From a virus: 64,000 nt of DNA. Location: the IMG/VR virus record IMGVR_UViG_3300005825_000044, positions 35,962 through 99,961 of that record; one strand, 5' to 3'. Below the pieces are notes generated by a model that worked only from the letters and a program-made list of their open reading frames with translations, was not told the DNA's origin and made no database searches. Of the stretch, positions 41,787 to 50,594 are shown in pieces; position 1 is the first letter of the stretch; each line of letters opens with the position of its first letter. Position numbers and translations under genes: made by a program.

Positions 41787-42316
41787 CGCAGAGCGCTCCC
41801 TCGAAGCTCTCGAAGCTCCGACATCCTGCCGGCGACCTCGAGCGCGAACGACCCGCCGCTCTCGTAGTGCGTGAGCACGCGGTCGCGGTAGTCGTGGAAG
41901 AAGCACTCCGCAGTGATCACCGGCCACGCCTTTCCGTCGGTGAAGACGACCCCGTACTCGGCAGTGAACCGGTAGAACAGCGGCCCGCCCTCTTCGCCGA
42001 ACCCGCGCGCGTCGCAGGCGCCGCGCTCGAACCACACCGCGATCGCAGTGAGCGCGATCGAGAGGTCCTCGAACTCGTAGACGTACGGCAGATCATTCTC
42101 GGACAGCGCGGGCGCGTCCGGCTCCTCCGCGACCTCTCCCCGGGCCTCGAGCCACAACCGCTCGGCCGTCTCCGGAGTCGGCGGTGCATCCACGTCCTCG
42201 CCCCGAAACACGAGCACAGCTGTGGCTGCTTCAGAGATCGCGAGACCGCGGTCTCCGCTCGCCCGCAGCACGAGCGCGAACGCGGCTGCCCACACCCTCT
42301 TCTCGTCCGTCGTCAT
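41783..42316 (-). CDS. Hypothetical protein, probably leaderless
   Basis: ATG 5 nt after the class-2 motif; no SD. Confidence 0.6.
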   Translation of the reverse strand: MTTDEKRVWAAAFALVLRASGDRGLAISEAATAVLVFRGEDVDAPPTPETAERLWLEARGEVAEEPDAPALSENDLPYVYEFEDLSIALTAIAVWFERGACDARGFGEEGGPLFYRFTAEYGVVFTDGKAWPVITAECFFHDYRDRVLTHYESGGSFALEVAGRMSELRELRGSALR

Positions 42317-42321
42317 GCCGT

Positions 42322-42350
42322 AACCCTTACCACTCGAGCTGCGAGCGCGG
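42322..42350 (-). promoter_or_regulatory. Class-2 promoter-like motif CCGCGC-N13-GGTAAGGGTT
   Basis: Positions counted by hand; ATG follows after 5 nt. Confidence 0.7.
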
Positions 42351-42355
42351 CCCCT

Positions 42356-43048
42356 CTACGGGGGTTCGGGCACCGTGTCCCCTCGAGGGGACACGGCCGC
42401 GACCACCTCGGGCCAGCGCAGATCGGGCAGCAGACCGGGGCGCTCCGAGTCCTCCGTGTAGACCCCGTTACCGTCGGTGACGAGGCACCTCGACGGGCCG
42501 CGGAGCCACCACCGCGGGTCGACCCCGTGCTCCCGGAAGTCGGCCCTCGTCAGGAAGCCCCGGGCCCGGAGCACGGCGCAGAGCTTCACGGCCGCGACCT
42601 TCCACCGCGTGACGAGCCGCGGCCCCGGCACACCGGCAGGGACCTCCACGGGCCGCTCCGGGACCCAGGCCGGCTCCGGGTGCTGCCACACCCTGGCGCG
42701 CGACAGTGCCCACCGAGGGCCTCCCCCGGGCAGCAGCACCGCGATCCCGGCCGCGCGAGCCACCGCGCTGAGCTGGTAGTTGGGCACCGGGATCAGCACG
42801 GCGTGCCGGGCCGGGCCTGGTTGCTTCTCCGGGGGCTGCAGCGCCTGGCAGAGGACCTCGAGCCCGGCCCGGAGCTTGGCCTGGACGCCGGCCTGGGTGC
42901 CGTCGGTGTCGACCAGCAGGACGTCCCAGCCCGACGTCTCGGGGTGCACGACGTAGCCGTCTGCCCGGGCGTGCGCGATCAGGTCAGCGCAGAGGTCGGC
43001 CTCGCTGCCCTGCCACTTCTCGAACCGCGGCCTCCTGCGTCGCGCCAC
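42356..43048 (-). CDS. PD-(D/E)XK-like nuclease with C-terminal wHTH-like region
   Basis: SE...C...G......E..GWDVLL.......GVQAKL; the call is tentative. Confidence 0.5.
   Translation of the reverse strand: MARRRRPRFEKWQGSEADLCADLIAHARADGYVVHPETSGWDVLLVDTDGTQAGVQAKLRAGLEVLCQALQPPEKQPGPARHAVLIPVPNYQLSAVARAAGIAVLLPGGGPRWALSRARVWQHPEPAWVPERPVEVPAGVPGPRLVTRWKVAAVKLCAVLRARGFLTRADFREHGVDPRWWLRGPSRCLVTDGNGVYTEDSERPGLLPDLRWPEVVAAVSPRGDTVPEPP
42375..42394. repeat. Palindrome family copy 7 (GTGTCCCCTCGAGGGGACAC, symmetric variant)
   Basis: Both half-sites carry the T-to-C change, so it is still a perfect palindrome; in the last codons of 42356..43048. Confidence 0.95.
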
Positions 43049-43187
43049 CGCCAGAGGCTACCACTGGTTCGCCATCTATGATCCGGCGCACCTCCGCGCG
43101 AAGCTCCGCGTCGGTCGGCTCTCGCCCGAGCCGGTCGCACAACCGGTCCCAGATCGTGAAGTGACTGGAACTCGCGTATCGGATCAT
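42984..43187 (-). CDS. Small hypothetical protein
   Basis: TIWDRLCDRLGREPTDAELRAEVRRII; ATGA overlap. Confidence 0.45.
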   Translation of the reverse strand: MIRYASSSHFTIWDRLCDRLGREPTDAELRAEVRRIIDGEPVVASGGGATQEAAVREVAGQRGRPLR

Positions 43188-43630
43188 GAGCACGCCTCGA
43201 CCGCGAACCGCAGCGCGGCGCGCGCCATGCCCTCAGCGCCCGGTTCGTTCCAGGCGCGGTTCAGACCGCTGGGGTGCGGCAGCGACACGAGCACGCGCTC
43301 GCCGGCAGCGACCGAGCAGAACGGGGCGACCGCGTCGACGCGCGCTGCCCCGCACACCGCGACGGTGACCTTCCGACCGAGCATCACGAGCACGCCGCTC
43401 GGCCGCTCCTCGAGGATGGCGCGCGCGTTCCTACGCGCGGCCGCCGCGGACCACCGCTCGCCGACGACGAGGTTCATCCGGTCGAAGCGCTCCAGGTACT
43501 CGTCCTCGGTCATCCCGAGTCTCATCATCAGTCGGTGGCCGCTGGCGCGCTTCGGCCACGGCAGCAGCGCGTCGTCCTGGTAGTAGCTGTACGGGTTGTG
43601 CTCCCCGATCAGGAGCGGCAGCGCCGTCAC
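43184..43630 (-). CDS. Uracil-DNA glycosylase-like superfamily protein
   Basis: LLIGEHNP...SGHRL...N....VMLGRKV...LPHPSGLNR.WN. Confidence 0.75.
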   Translation of the reverse strand: MTALPLLIGEHNPYSYYQDDALLPWPKRASGHRLMMRLGMTEDEYLERFDRMNLVVGERWSAAAARRNARAILEERPSGVLVMLGRKVTVAVCGAARVDAVAPFCSVAAGERVLVSLPHPSGLNRAWNEPGAEGMARAALRFAVEACS

Positions 43631-45396
43631 ACGCGCACCGGAAGGGCATCAGAGAACAGCTCCGGTGACGCCCGAAGCTCCGCACCGACGCTCTCCACAA
43701 GCTCGAGCGCGCGGAGCTTCCCGAGGTTGTTGGAGAACGTGCTGCTCCGCACGCTGACGCCAGCGGCTTTCCCGATCGTCTCGCGAGTGAGCGCGCCGGG
43801 GTACGCGTCGCAGAGCACGCGCAGCACGCGCCCGCCCGCCGAGTCACCGAACCGCGAGAGCCAGTATTCTCGCAGGCCGCTGCCCGTCGGCAGCGCCTCG
43901 TACTCACCGAGCGCTGCCTCGCCGGCCGCCGTGATCGAGATCCCCCTGCTGCCGACCTCCACCCAGCCGTTCGCGCGAGCGCGCCCGAGGTTGTTCGAGA
44001 ACGTGCTGCTCCGCACGCTGACGCCCGACCTCACGCCGATCTGCGTCCGCGTCAGCGGGGAGCGCTGGGCAAGCGCTGTCATGACGCGGCGGAGCGCGCC
44101 TCCGCCGACCATGAACGGAGTCACCGTAAGTGACACAGGACTCATGCGCGGCTCGACGTCGCGGCGCGCTACAGGGCCGACGCCGCCGACGGTCCTGTGC
44201 AGCAGTCCGGGTACCTCAGCGACCGGGACGGTGCCACCTCGCTTGAGCAGGCGGAGATCGCCGAGCATGCTTGCGAGCTTGTCACGCTCGCCCACCAGGT
44301 CAGCCTGAAGACAGGCGACGCCGGCGTGCGCGGTCTCGATCCTCCTGACCAGCTTCTCGATGCGACCCGCTACTGCCGCGAGGGCCTTCACGTCGACCAC
44401 GGGCTCCGCGGGGTCCGGCACCCTCTTCTCGAGCACGGTGACCTTCTTCCGCAGCCTCGCGACCTCTGCGCGGAGCACTGCCGGGTCATCGTCCTCGGCG
44501 CGCTTCACCGCGGCAGCCATCTCCTCGCGGAGCTTCGCGACGTCGATCTCAGACAGCGCGGCCTCCTGGTAGGCGCGCTCTCCGACGACGGGGGTCCTGG
44601 AGGTGTCCCGCGAGCGGATCGGCAGCACGCGTACCTGGCGCGAGACGTCGAGCCAGCTCGGGCTCCAGACGTAGGGGTTGCCGACCTCGAGCCGCGGTAG
44701 GACGTCGGAGAGCTTCTCGTCGGCGCCCTTCGTGGAGAGCCAGTACTGGAGCGCCTTGCGCTCGTGCGGGCCGGTGAGCTGGAACGCGAAGACGCACTCG
44801 CACTGGTTCAGCGCCTTCTTGTTGACCTCCTGCGGCCGCTGGCTGACGAAGCTGACGCCGATGCCGAGCGCGCGGCCCTGCTTCGCGACGCGGTGCCACT
44901 CGTGCAGCAGCTTCTCCTCGCCGCGCTGCGGCTCCTGCGGCACGACGTCCTGGGCCTCGTCGAGCACGATGTGGACAGCTGACCGCGACCGCCGCTTCCG
45001 CTCGAAGAACCGTCGGCCGAACGCGGTCAGGAACCGGGTCCGCTCCGCGTCGGTCATCAGGCTGACGTCGAGCACTGCGGAGACCCCGCGCTCCACAGCG
45101 AGCGACGCCACGAACTCGCCGGCGTCGGGCTCGAGCGGGAGGTCACCGTAGAGACCGCCGAGCACGTAGACCGGGAACGGCTTCTCGCCGAGCCGGAGCC
45201 CAGCCCAGACGCCCATCGTGTCGACCACCACTACCTGGACGCCGGCGTCGAGCATCTGCTCGACGAAGCGCTTGGCGCCGTACGTCTTGCCTGACCCGGT
45301 GCGACCGAACCACGCAATCTTCTGCGTCGCGGCGTTCGGCGGCAGCGTGAGGTCGTCTGCGACCGCGTAGCCCCGAAGCGTCGTCTTCCTCGCCAT
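43627..45396 (-). CDS. HerA/FtsK-like ATPase with tandem C-terminal winged helices
   Basis: Walker A FGRTGSGKT, Walker B IVLDEAQ, SQRP motif; two VSVRSSTFSNNLG wHTH repeats. Confidence 0.88.
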   Translation of the reverse strand: MARKTTLRGYAVADDLTLPPNAATQKIAWFGRTGSGKTYGAKRFVEQMLDAGVQVVVVDTMGVWAGLRLGEKPFPVYVLGGLYGDLPLEPDAGEFVASLAVERGVSAVLDVSLMTDAERTRFLTAFGRRFFERKRRSRSAVHIVLDEAQDVVPQEPQRGEEKLLHEWHRVAKQGRALGIGVSFVSQRPQEVNKKALNQCECVFAFQLTGPHERKALQYWLSTKGADEKLSDVLPRLEVGNPYVWSPSWLDVSRQVRVLPIRSRDTSRTPVVGERAYQEAALSEIDVAKLREEMAAAVKRAEDDDPAVLRAEVARLRKKVTVLEKRVPDPAEPVVDVKALAAVAGRIEKLVRRIETAHAGVACLQADLVGERDKLASMLGDLRLLKRGGTVPVAEVPGLLHRTVGGVGPVARRDVEPRMSPVSLTVTPFMVGGGALRRVMTALAQRSPLTRTQIGVRSGVSVRSSTFSNNLGRARANGWVEVGSRGISITAAGEAALGEYEALPTGSGLREYWLSRFGDSAGGRVLRVLCDAYPGALTRETIGKAAGVSVRSSTFSNNLGKLRALELVESVGAELRASPELFSDALPVRV

Positions 45397-45408
45397 ACAG
45401 GCCTCCCG

Positions 45409-45505
45409 AAAAGAAACAGGCCCGCGCCCACCCGTTAGGTAGGGGGCACCGCGCACCGACCGTAGTGCCGGGCTCGGGCCCCGCGCGCGCCGCGGACGCG
45501 GGCCT
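45409..45505 (-). ncRNA. Candidate structured RNA or attenuator (about 97 nt) before the ATPase gene
   Basis: 14-bp closing stem AGGCCCGCGUCCGC/GUGGGCGCGGGCCU with two G-U pairs, inner stem GGCAC...GUGCC, then GUUUCUUUU; starts 5 nt after GGTATAGGTT. Confidence 0.5.
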
Positions 45506-45510
45506 ACCCG

Positions 45511-45520
45511 AACCTATACC
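45511..45520 (-). promoter_or_regulatory. Class-2 -10-like element GGTATAGGTT (upstream element degenerate, CCACTC)
   Basis: Matches GGTANNGGTT. Confidence 0.55.
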
Positions 45521-45834
45521 GCGGGCGGGGCCGGAGTGGCCGGCAGCCTGTAGTACCGCCGCGACTGACCGGAGCGTCGCCGCCAGACGTTGCTGCCGGT
45601 CTCGCCCTTCTCCTCGATGACGCTGGCCCGAGACAGCGTGCGGCCGCACAGCGCGCCGCACCTCTCGTGGTAGGCGAGCGCGGTCTTGACCACCCTGTAC
45701 TCGAGACCGGTGAGGTCCATCACGTCACCGACGTACAGCTCCTCACCACGGCCGAAGCACTCCAGCACAACGCGCCTGGCATCGTGCCGGAGCAGGCGCC
45801 GTACCGGTACGGCCCGAGCCGAGACTCGGCTCAC
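45514..45834 (-). CDS. Winged-helix-like protein
   Basis: LYVGDVMDLTGLEYRVVKTALAYH..CG.L...RRYYRL. Confidence 0.55.
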   Translation of the reverse strand: MSRVSARAVPVRRLLRHDARRVVLECFGRGEELYVGDVMDLTGLEYRVVKTALAYHERCGALCGRTLSRASVIEEKGETGSNVWRRRSGQSRRYYRLPATPAPPAV

Positions 45835-46220
45835 GGCTCGGCTCCCGTGGTCATCATCTGCGTGCGGATCCCGAGAGCAGAGCGCATGCCGGGGTATTCA
45901 GCGTTCGCCGCTTCGGTCTCCTGAAACTGAAAGTCGATCGGTAGCCCGGTCTGCGACGCGAGCAGTGCGGAGTACGCGAGGCACGACACCTCCCAGCGAG
46001 CGTGCATGAACGGCTTCCCCGGGTCCGCCCCGGGGAACATGCCGTCCCAGTCCGCACGCGAGAGCAGCACGCGCACGTCGACGTCCCGGAAGTCAGGCCG
46101 GAGAAGACACGAGCCGACGAGGTACACGTGAGCGTCGTAGGCGCGGCTCAGCGGCTCGCACGCGAGGTCGAGCCTCATCAGGCTCGGTCGGTTCAGGAAC
46201 GAATACCGACGCTCGCTCAC
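45831..46220 (-). CDS. Minimal pol-beta-type nucleotidyltransferase
   Basis: VYLVGSCL..DFRDVDVRVLL (GS...DxD)...GLPIDFQ. Confidence 0.8.
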   Translation of the reverse strand: MSERRYSFLNRPSLMRLDLACEPLSRAYDAHVYLVGSCLLRPDFRDVDVRVLLSRADWDGMFPGADPGKPFMHARWEVSCLAYSALLASQTGLPIDFQFQETEAANAEYPGMRSALGIRTQMMTTGAEP

Positions 46221-46702
46221 GGTTTTGCATCCCCCGCCGTTCGCGGTTCCCGGTCCTCAACCACGGCGCGCTCGCACTCGTCAAGCTCTGCACCCCACCC
46301 GCTGAATATGAAGCAGGGCTCGCGCCCAGTCAGGTTGCGGTAAGCGCGGCGGACAGCCTCGCGCATCGGCAAGTCGTCACCGGGGAGCAGGTCGCTCTCT
46401 TCAGCCTCGCCGATCTTGCAGCTCCAGATCTTCTTTTTCACCGCAGGCTTCCCGTCGCGGTCAAGCCGCGCACACCACGGGCACTCCCCGCGCTCATGCC
46501 GCTCCGCGTGCCTCAGCCACGGCTCGATCCACACAGCGGCGCCAGAGTAACCGCGCGGCTGAATAGCGATGCCGCCAGCATCGAAGCGCTCACCGTTGTC
46601 TAGGACGAGCGTGCCGTCGCCTAACACGAGAGCGATACGATTCTGGATGCTGCTGCAATGCCCGCTTCCGTTGACCACTATCACGATGTCACCAAGTCTC
46701 AC
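46217..46702 (-). CDS. Hypothetical protein
   Basis: GTGA overlap; ends GDAKP. Confidence 0.55.
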   Translation of the reverse strand: MRLGDIVIVVNGSGHCSSIQNRIALVLGDGTLVLDNGERFDAGGIAIQPRGYSGAAVWIEPWLRHAERHERGECPWCARLDRDGKPAVKKKIWSCKIGEAEESDLLPGDDLPMREAVRRAYRNLTGREPCFIFSGWGAELDECERAVVEDREPRTAGDAKP

Positions 46703-47118
46703 GGCTTTGCATCCCTCGCCGGCAGCGTCGCCGAGCGCAATGACGGCGACCACGCGCGCTCTTGCTCGCGGTCGCGCTCAGCCTTCTCTAACCACAGCCC
46801 GGTGACCGTCATCACCGCGCCGAACACCGCGAACGCGATCACACCGGCACGGATGCGCTCCCGCGTCGGCGGCCTCGGCGGGCGCGTGAGGTAGCGCACT
46901 GCGGGTGATGCCGAGCACCGCACGCACAACGTGTCCTTCGCGGTGAGCAGCCCGCAGACGCAGCGATACAGCGTGATCGGCTGCATCGGCTTTGCGGGCT
47001 CGCGCATCCGCGGAGATGCGGGCTCAACCTCCGCGACGTGCTCCGCGCGCTCGAGCGCTGCTGCGACTGACTCGGGCGGTGCCGATGTGAAGCGGCGTAT
47101 CGGGAGTGCGGCGTTCAT
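46699..47118 (-). CDS. Membrane protein with Zn-ribbon
   Basis: CVCG...CVRC plus transmembrane segment AGVIAFAVFGAVMTVTGLW; ends RDAKP. Confidence 0.55.
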   Translation of the reverse strand: MNAALPIRRFTSAPPESVAAALERAEHVAEVEPASPRMREPAKPMQPITLYRCVCGLLTAKDTLCVRCSASPAVRYLTRPPRPPTRERIRAGVIAFAVFGAVMTVTGLWLEKAERDREQERAWSPSLRSATLPARDAKP

Positions 47119-47573
47119 TTGTCCACGATCCTCGCAGCGTCCTGAAGCGTAGGCCCCCTGGTCCTGTCCGCCTTCGCACGGCGAAGCTTGCCGACGAACT
47201 CCCAGCCCGCGTCGGTGAGGCGAAATACAGGAAGCAGCCCGGTACCCAACCACTCCAGCAGACCCGCCGCGACCAAGTCGTTGACGCAGTCCCAGTCGTC
47301 GTGTCCGTACAGCTCGGTACCGTCAGCCAAGTGGGTCGGGAAGTCACCCGGAGGCAGTGGCAAAGCACCGTCTCGTCCCGACACACTCCCGCGACGCGGG
47401 CGTCCCTTGCAGGTGCGCATCTGAGCCGCGACCGGCACACCGCCGTAGTCCACGCACCGAGTCTCGATGTAGAGCATCGTCGACTCGTGGTCGCGTCCCC
47501 ACACCTCCTTCGGCAGCGTCGCGCCGTTGTAAAAAAGCTTCTTCGCTTTCTGTCTCTTCGCTCTCGCAGTCAC
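47115..47573 (-). CDS. Hypothetical protein
   Basis: GTGA overlap; GHDDWDC..DLVAAG.L...FRLT..G. Confidence 0.6.
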   Translation of the reverse strand: MTARAKRQKAKKLFYNGATLPKEVWGRDHESTMLYIETRCVDYGGVPVAAQMRTCKGRPRRGSVSGRDGALPLPPGDFPTHLADGTELYGHDDWDCVNDLVAAGLLEWLGTGLLPVFRLTDAGWEFVGKLRRAKADRTRGPTLQDAARIVDK

Positions 47574-49057
47574 ACGCACCTCGCCTTCGGACACCGGATG
47601 AACCTCAACGAGCACCCACCGACGCAGCGCACCCGCACGTAACCCTTGCGCAGCGCACGCCGCAGAGCGCGACCGGGAGAGCGCCACTGCGTTGCGCGAC
47701 CCCTCGTGGGATCCCGCAGCTCGCCGCGCATGAACGCGTCGACGCGCGCGACGACCTCGAGGCACACACCGGCGTCCCACTCCCCGGGGTAGCCGTCGGG
47801 CTCCGCGCAACTCGAGTCGAGGTAGCGGAGCCACGGCCTGTGGACCTGCGCATCGCTGAATCGCCACACCATCGCGTCAGCTGCGCCGATGATGTCGGTT
47901 CCGTGCGAGTCCGCGTAGCGCTGCAGCACGTGACCAGACGCAGCGTGCGAGCGCAGCGCGCGGGGGCCGACCTCTGCCCACCACACGCGCAGCAGCTCGT
48001 CGCGCTCCGCGAGAACGCCCTCGACCGCGACCCCATGCGATGCGCGGTCGAGGGCTGCCCAACTTGTTACCCGAAGTACCGCATGATCGATCTCCTCTGT
48101 TTGTGCCGGCTGGCTAGGCGAAATAGGCCCGTCTCTCCGGGCTGTCACCCACGCACTGTAGCCACCAGACCGGGTTTGACTGGCGGTTAGGCTCGCCTCG
48201 TTCGGCGGAACGACCGCCGACGAGCCATGCTCTTGTTGCGTCGACTCAGCCAACGCGGAGTTAGATGCCGGTCTTTCCCGGCTGTCATCGGTTCCCGTCG
48301 CTACCAGCCGAGAATCGCTCAGCCAATGCGGGGGTGTGGCGTGTGTGCTTGACCGAGGCTCAGCGCTTGTACCCTGGCCACTTGGGTCTGCCGCGTAGTC
48401 GGACTTATCGGCAGAGATGTCGCGTTTTTTTTGGGTCCTGGCTAGACCAGTCTCCGACGACATGAACACGGAGTTATGTGCACGGATTACGCGCCGTGCC
48501 GCGACGTCAGGTAGGTTCCTAGCTTCCCTTGGGACTTCCCAGTAGAGCTGGCAGGGGGAAGGGTCCGTATCACCGAACCCGTCGCCTGACGTACCGACGG
48601 CGGAGTTGGATGCCCGGCTCGACGCTGTAGAGGCGCCGCCGGGCGGACCTTCGCTCGATGCTCCGCGCCGCAAGACGTGGCGAGCCAAAGCCGAAGATGG
48701 TGCACGGATTACGCGCCGTGCCGCGTTCGGTTGTTGGACGTGGGCGTGTTCCCTTTGTGGTCGCGACCACTGCCGACCGTGGCTGACGTCTCGGCCTCGG
48801 GCCGCCGGAGCGGTTTGACGGTCTCCAACAAACGAAGTCTCTTGCGCGCTGGCAGTGCAGGCGCGGAATGCGATCCAGGCCAAGCCTGACAGTACGAGCA
48901 CCACAAGCAAGAAGCAGAGCGTTTGCAGCATCGCGTCACTCCTCCCGCTCCGATACGCTGCGGCCACGTCATCGCAGGACGCCTTGCGGAGACATCGAGG
49001 ATGACGCGATTGCGCCGGCGAGCGGCAGCCAAGGCAACGCTCCGGTTCGCGCATCAC
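47570..49057 (-). CDS. SleB-like cell-wall hydrolase with signal/TM segment and long disordered linker (internal SD+ATG at 48931)
   Basis: C-terminal WAEVG...RDPTRGRATQW resembles Hydrolase_2; MLQTLCFLLVVLVLSGLAWIAF...ASAQE is signal-like; the central ~280 codons have atypical usage. Confidence 0.45.
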   Translation of the reverse strand: MMREPERCLGCRSPAQSRHPRCLRKASCDDVAAAYRSGRSDAMLQTLCFLLVVLVLSGLAWIAFRACTASAQETSFVGDRQTAPAARGRDVSHGRQWSRPQREHAHVQQPNAARRVIRAPSSALARHVLRRGASSEGPPGGASTASSRASNSAVGTSGDGFGDTDPSPCQLYWEVPREARNLPDVAARRVIRAHNSVFMSSETGLARTQKKRDISADKSDYAADPSGQGTSAEPRSSTHATPPHWLSDSRLVATGTDDSRERPASNSALAESTQQEHGSSAVVPPNEASLTASQTRSGGYSAWVTARRDGPISPSQPAQTEEIDHAVLRVTSWAALDRASHGVAVEGVLAERDELLRVWWAEVGPRALRSHAASGHVLQRYADSHGTDIIGAADAMVWRFSDAQVHRPWLRYLDSSCAEPDGYPGEWDAGVCLEVVARVDAFMRGELRDPTRGRATQWRSPGRALRRALRKGYVRVRCVGGCSLRFIRCPKARCV

Positions 49058-49344
49058 TTGCCGACCTTTCTGCGCTCTGCCTCACGAAGCGCGGCCACTC
49101 CACCAAGCCGCTGTCCATCGGTCATCTGGACGTATGCAGCGCTCTCGCGACCGTGCCCACAGCACGCGTTCGCAACGCCGCTCAAGAGACCGATGCATGC
49201 GTCGGCGCCGTCTTTACGGTTCGGCAGGCCGCAGTGCCCGCAGCGCCTGCACGGATCATCCGATACCAGCCGCCCGTCGTCGTATCGCCATGCGCCGCGC
49301 ACGAACGACATTGGATGCCCGCGGTGGAAGCCTCTCGGCATCAC
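49054..49344 (-). CDS. Cys-rich hypothetical protein
   Basis: C..CG.P...DGADACIG.L.GV.NACCGHG; start may extend to GTG 49455. Confidence 0.6.
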   Translation of the reverse strand: MMPRGFHRGHPMSFVRGAWRYDDGRLVSDDPCRRCGHCGLPNRKDGADACIGLLSGVANACCGHGRESAAYVQMTDGQRLGGVAALREAERRKVGK

Positions 49345-49451
49345 GCAGCCCTCGCGATCGAGTCGCACAGCAGGTACGCGGACGCCAGCACCAGCGCGAC
49401 GTAGAACATCGCGGTCAGCGGGGAGAGCGGGGGAGGGGGGTAGGTGGCGGG

Positions 49452-49964
49452 TCACTCGGCCTCTGTTGGGTAGAACGCGCCGATGCGCGACCTTCGGCGG
49501 CCGGCGCAGTGGACCGCTGGTTTCATCGGGCGAAAACATCCTTCGGATGTCGTGATGATCATGTCTGCGAAACCGAGTAGCCGCACGGCCAAGCCGGGTC
49601 CGCCGTTGGCCTTCAAGTCGCCGTGGGTGCAGCGCAGCCCGTCCCTGTAGTCACAGGGGCCGCACAGTTTCGGAAACGCCCCTGGCTCTCCGGTGTCTTC
49701 CTCGTACAAGCGAGCGTGCGCCACCATCTTGCGTTGGCATTCCTCGTGCTCGTATCCAAGGAACAACAGCGCATCGTTGCCCGGGATCGGCCAGTCGTGC
49801 TCATCGTGCTCGCGGTACGCCTCAAGCCCCAGCGGGCAGTTTTGGTCACCGTCGACGAATCGCTCGCCACACAGGTTGCACGCCGACAGCGGATCGCTCG
49901 GGCGTCGCGAATACTGCGTCAGGCGACCGGCCTTCACGATCGCAGCAGCAGACGGCTTGCGCAT
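49452..49964 (-). CDS. Cys-rich hypothetical protein
   Basis: TAATG overlap; CNLCG...CGPCDY....C; ends TEAE. Confidence 0.6.
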   Translation of the reverse strand: MRKPSAAAIVKAGRLTQYSRRPSDPLSACNLCGERFVDGDQNCPLGLEAYREHDEHDWPIPGNDALLFLGYEHEECQRKMVAHARLYEEDTGEPGAFPKLCGPCDYRDGLRCTHGDLKANGGPGLAVRLLGFADMIITTSEGCFRPMKPAVHCAGRRRSRIGAFYPTEAE

Positions 49965-50209
49965 TACTCGGCCTCCTTCGCTGGCGGGAGCGAACATGTC
50001 AGCGCGACGCTCAAAGCAGAGTCCCAAATCGCCTGTGTCTCCGGGTCACCGGCCTCCTTCGCTACGCACATGCGAAGGTGCGCAACGATTTGATCCTTCG
50101 CATCCCGCGCGCCAGCGTCGTAGGCTGACATCACTTCGTCGCACACGTCGCAGCCTGACTGACGGTCGTCGCGTATGCACACATCGCACATTTTGGGCCT
50201 AGCCATCAC
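49964..50209 (-). CDS. Small Zn-finger protein (paralog of 50594..51034)
   Basis: MARPKMCDVC...AYDAGARDAKD...PPAKEAE. Confidence 0.6.
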   Translation of the reverse strand: MMARPKMCDVCIRDDRQSGCDVCDEVMSAYDAGARDAKDQIVAHLRMCVAKEAGDPETQAIWDSALSVALTCSLPPAKEAE

Positions 50210-50436
50210 GCGCCAGCCTTCTCAATCGGATACCACCACAGCCGCACACGTTCGAGCGCTGCGAGCGCTTCTTCTACGCGCCCTTCTTGTAGCAGGCCAT
50301 CAGCTTCGTGTGCTGTGTCGATCAGCGTGCGTTCGCGTTCGCGCAGACGCTCGATCTCAGGCTCCATGCAGTGCGGGCAAAGATGCATGCGCTTGCGGTA
50401 CTGCACGCCGTGCGGGCAATCGCGGGGGTCGGTCAT
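50206..50436 (-). CDS. Small hypothetical protein
   Basis: CPHG...CPHC plus coiled coil. Confidence 0.55.
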   Translation of the reverse strand: MTDPRDCPHGVQYRKRMHLCPHCMEPEIERLRERERTLIDTAHEADGLLQEGRVEEALAALERVRLWWYPIEKAGA

Positions 50437-50594
50437 TGAGTGTTCCCGAGGTTGATGTCGTCCACCAGTTGATCGCACGCCTCGCACCTCGGGCACTCGT
50501 CGCATTCTCCGCGCGGCTGCTCGTGCAGCAGGCACACGTCGAGACGCTCATCGTATTCCGGGCTGTGCCAGCAGTTCCCGCTGTGCGTGTGCAT
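50433..50594 (-). CDS. 53-aa Cys/His-rich peptide (below the ORF-track cutoff)
   Basis: MHTHSGNCWH...CLLH...CDECPRCEAC; TGATG and ATGA overlaps at both ends. Confidence 0.55.
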   Translation of the reverse strand: MHTHSGNCWHSPEYDERLDVCLLHEQPRGECDECPRCEACDQLVDDINLGNTQ

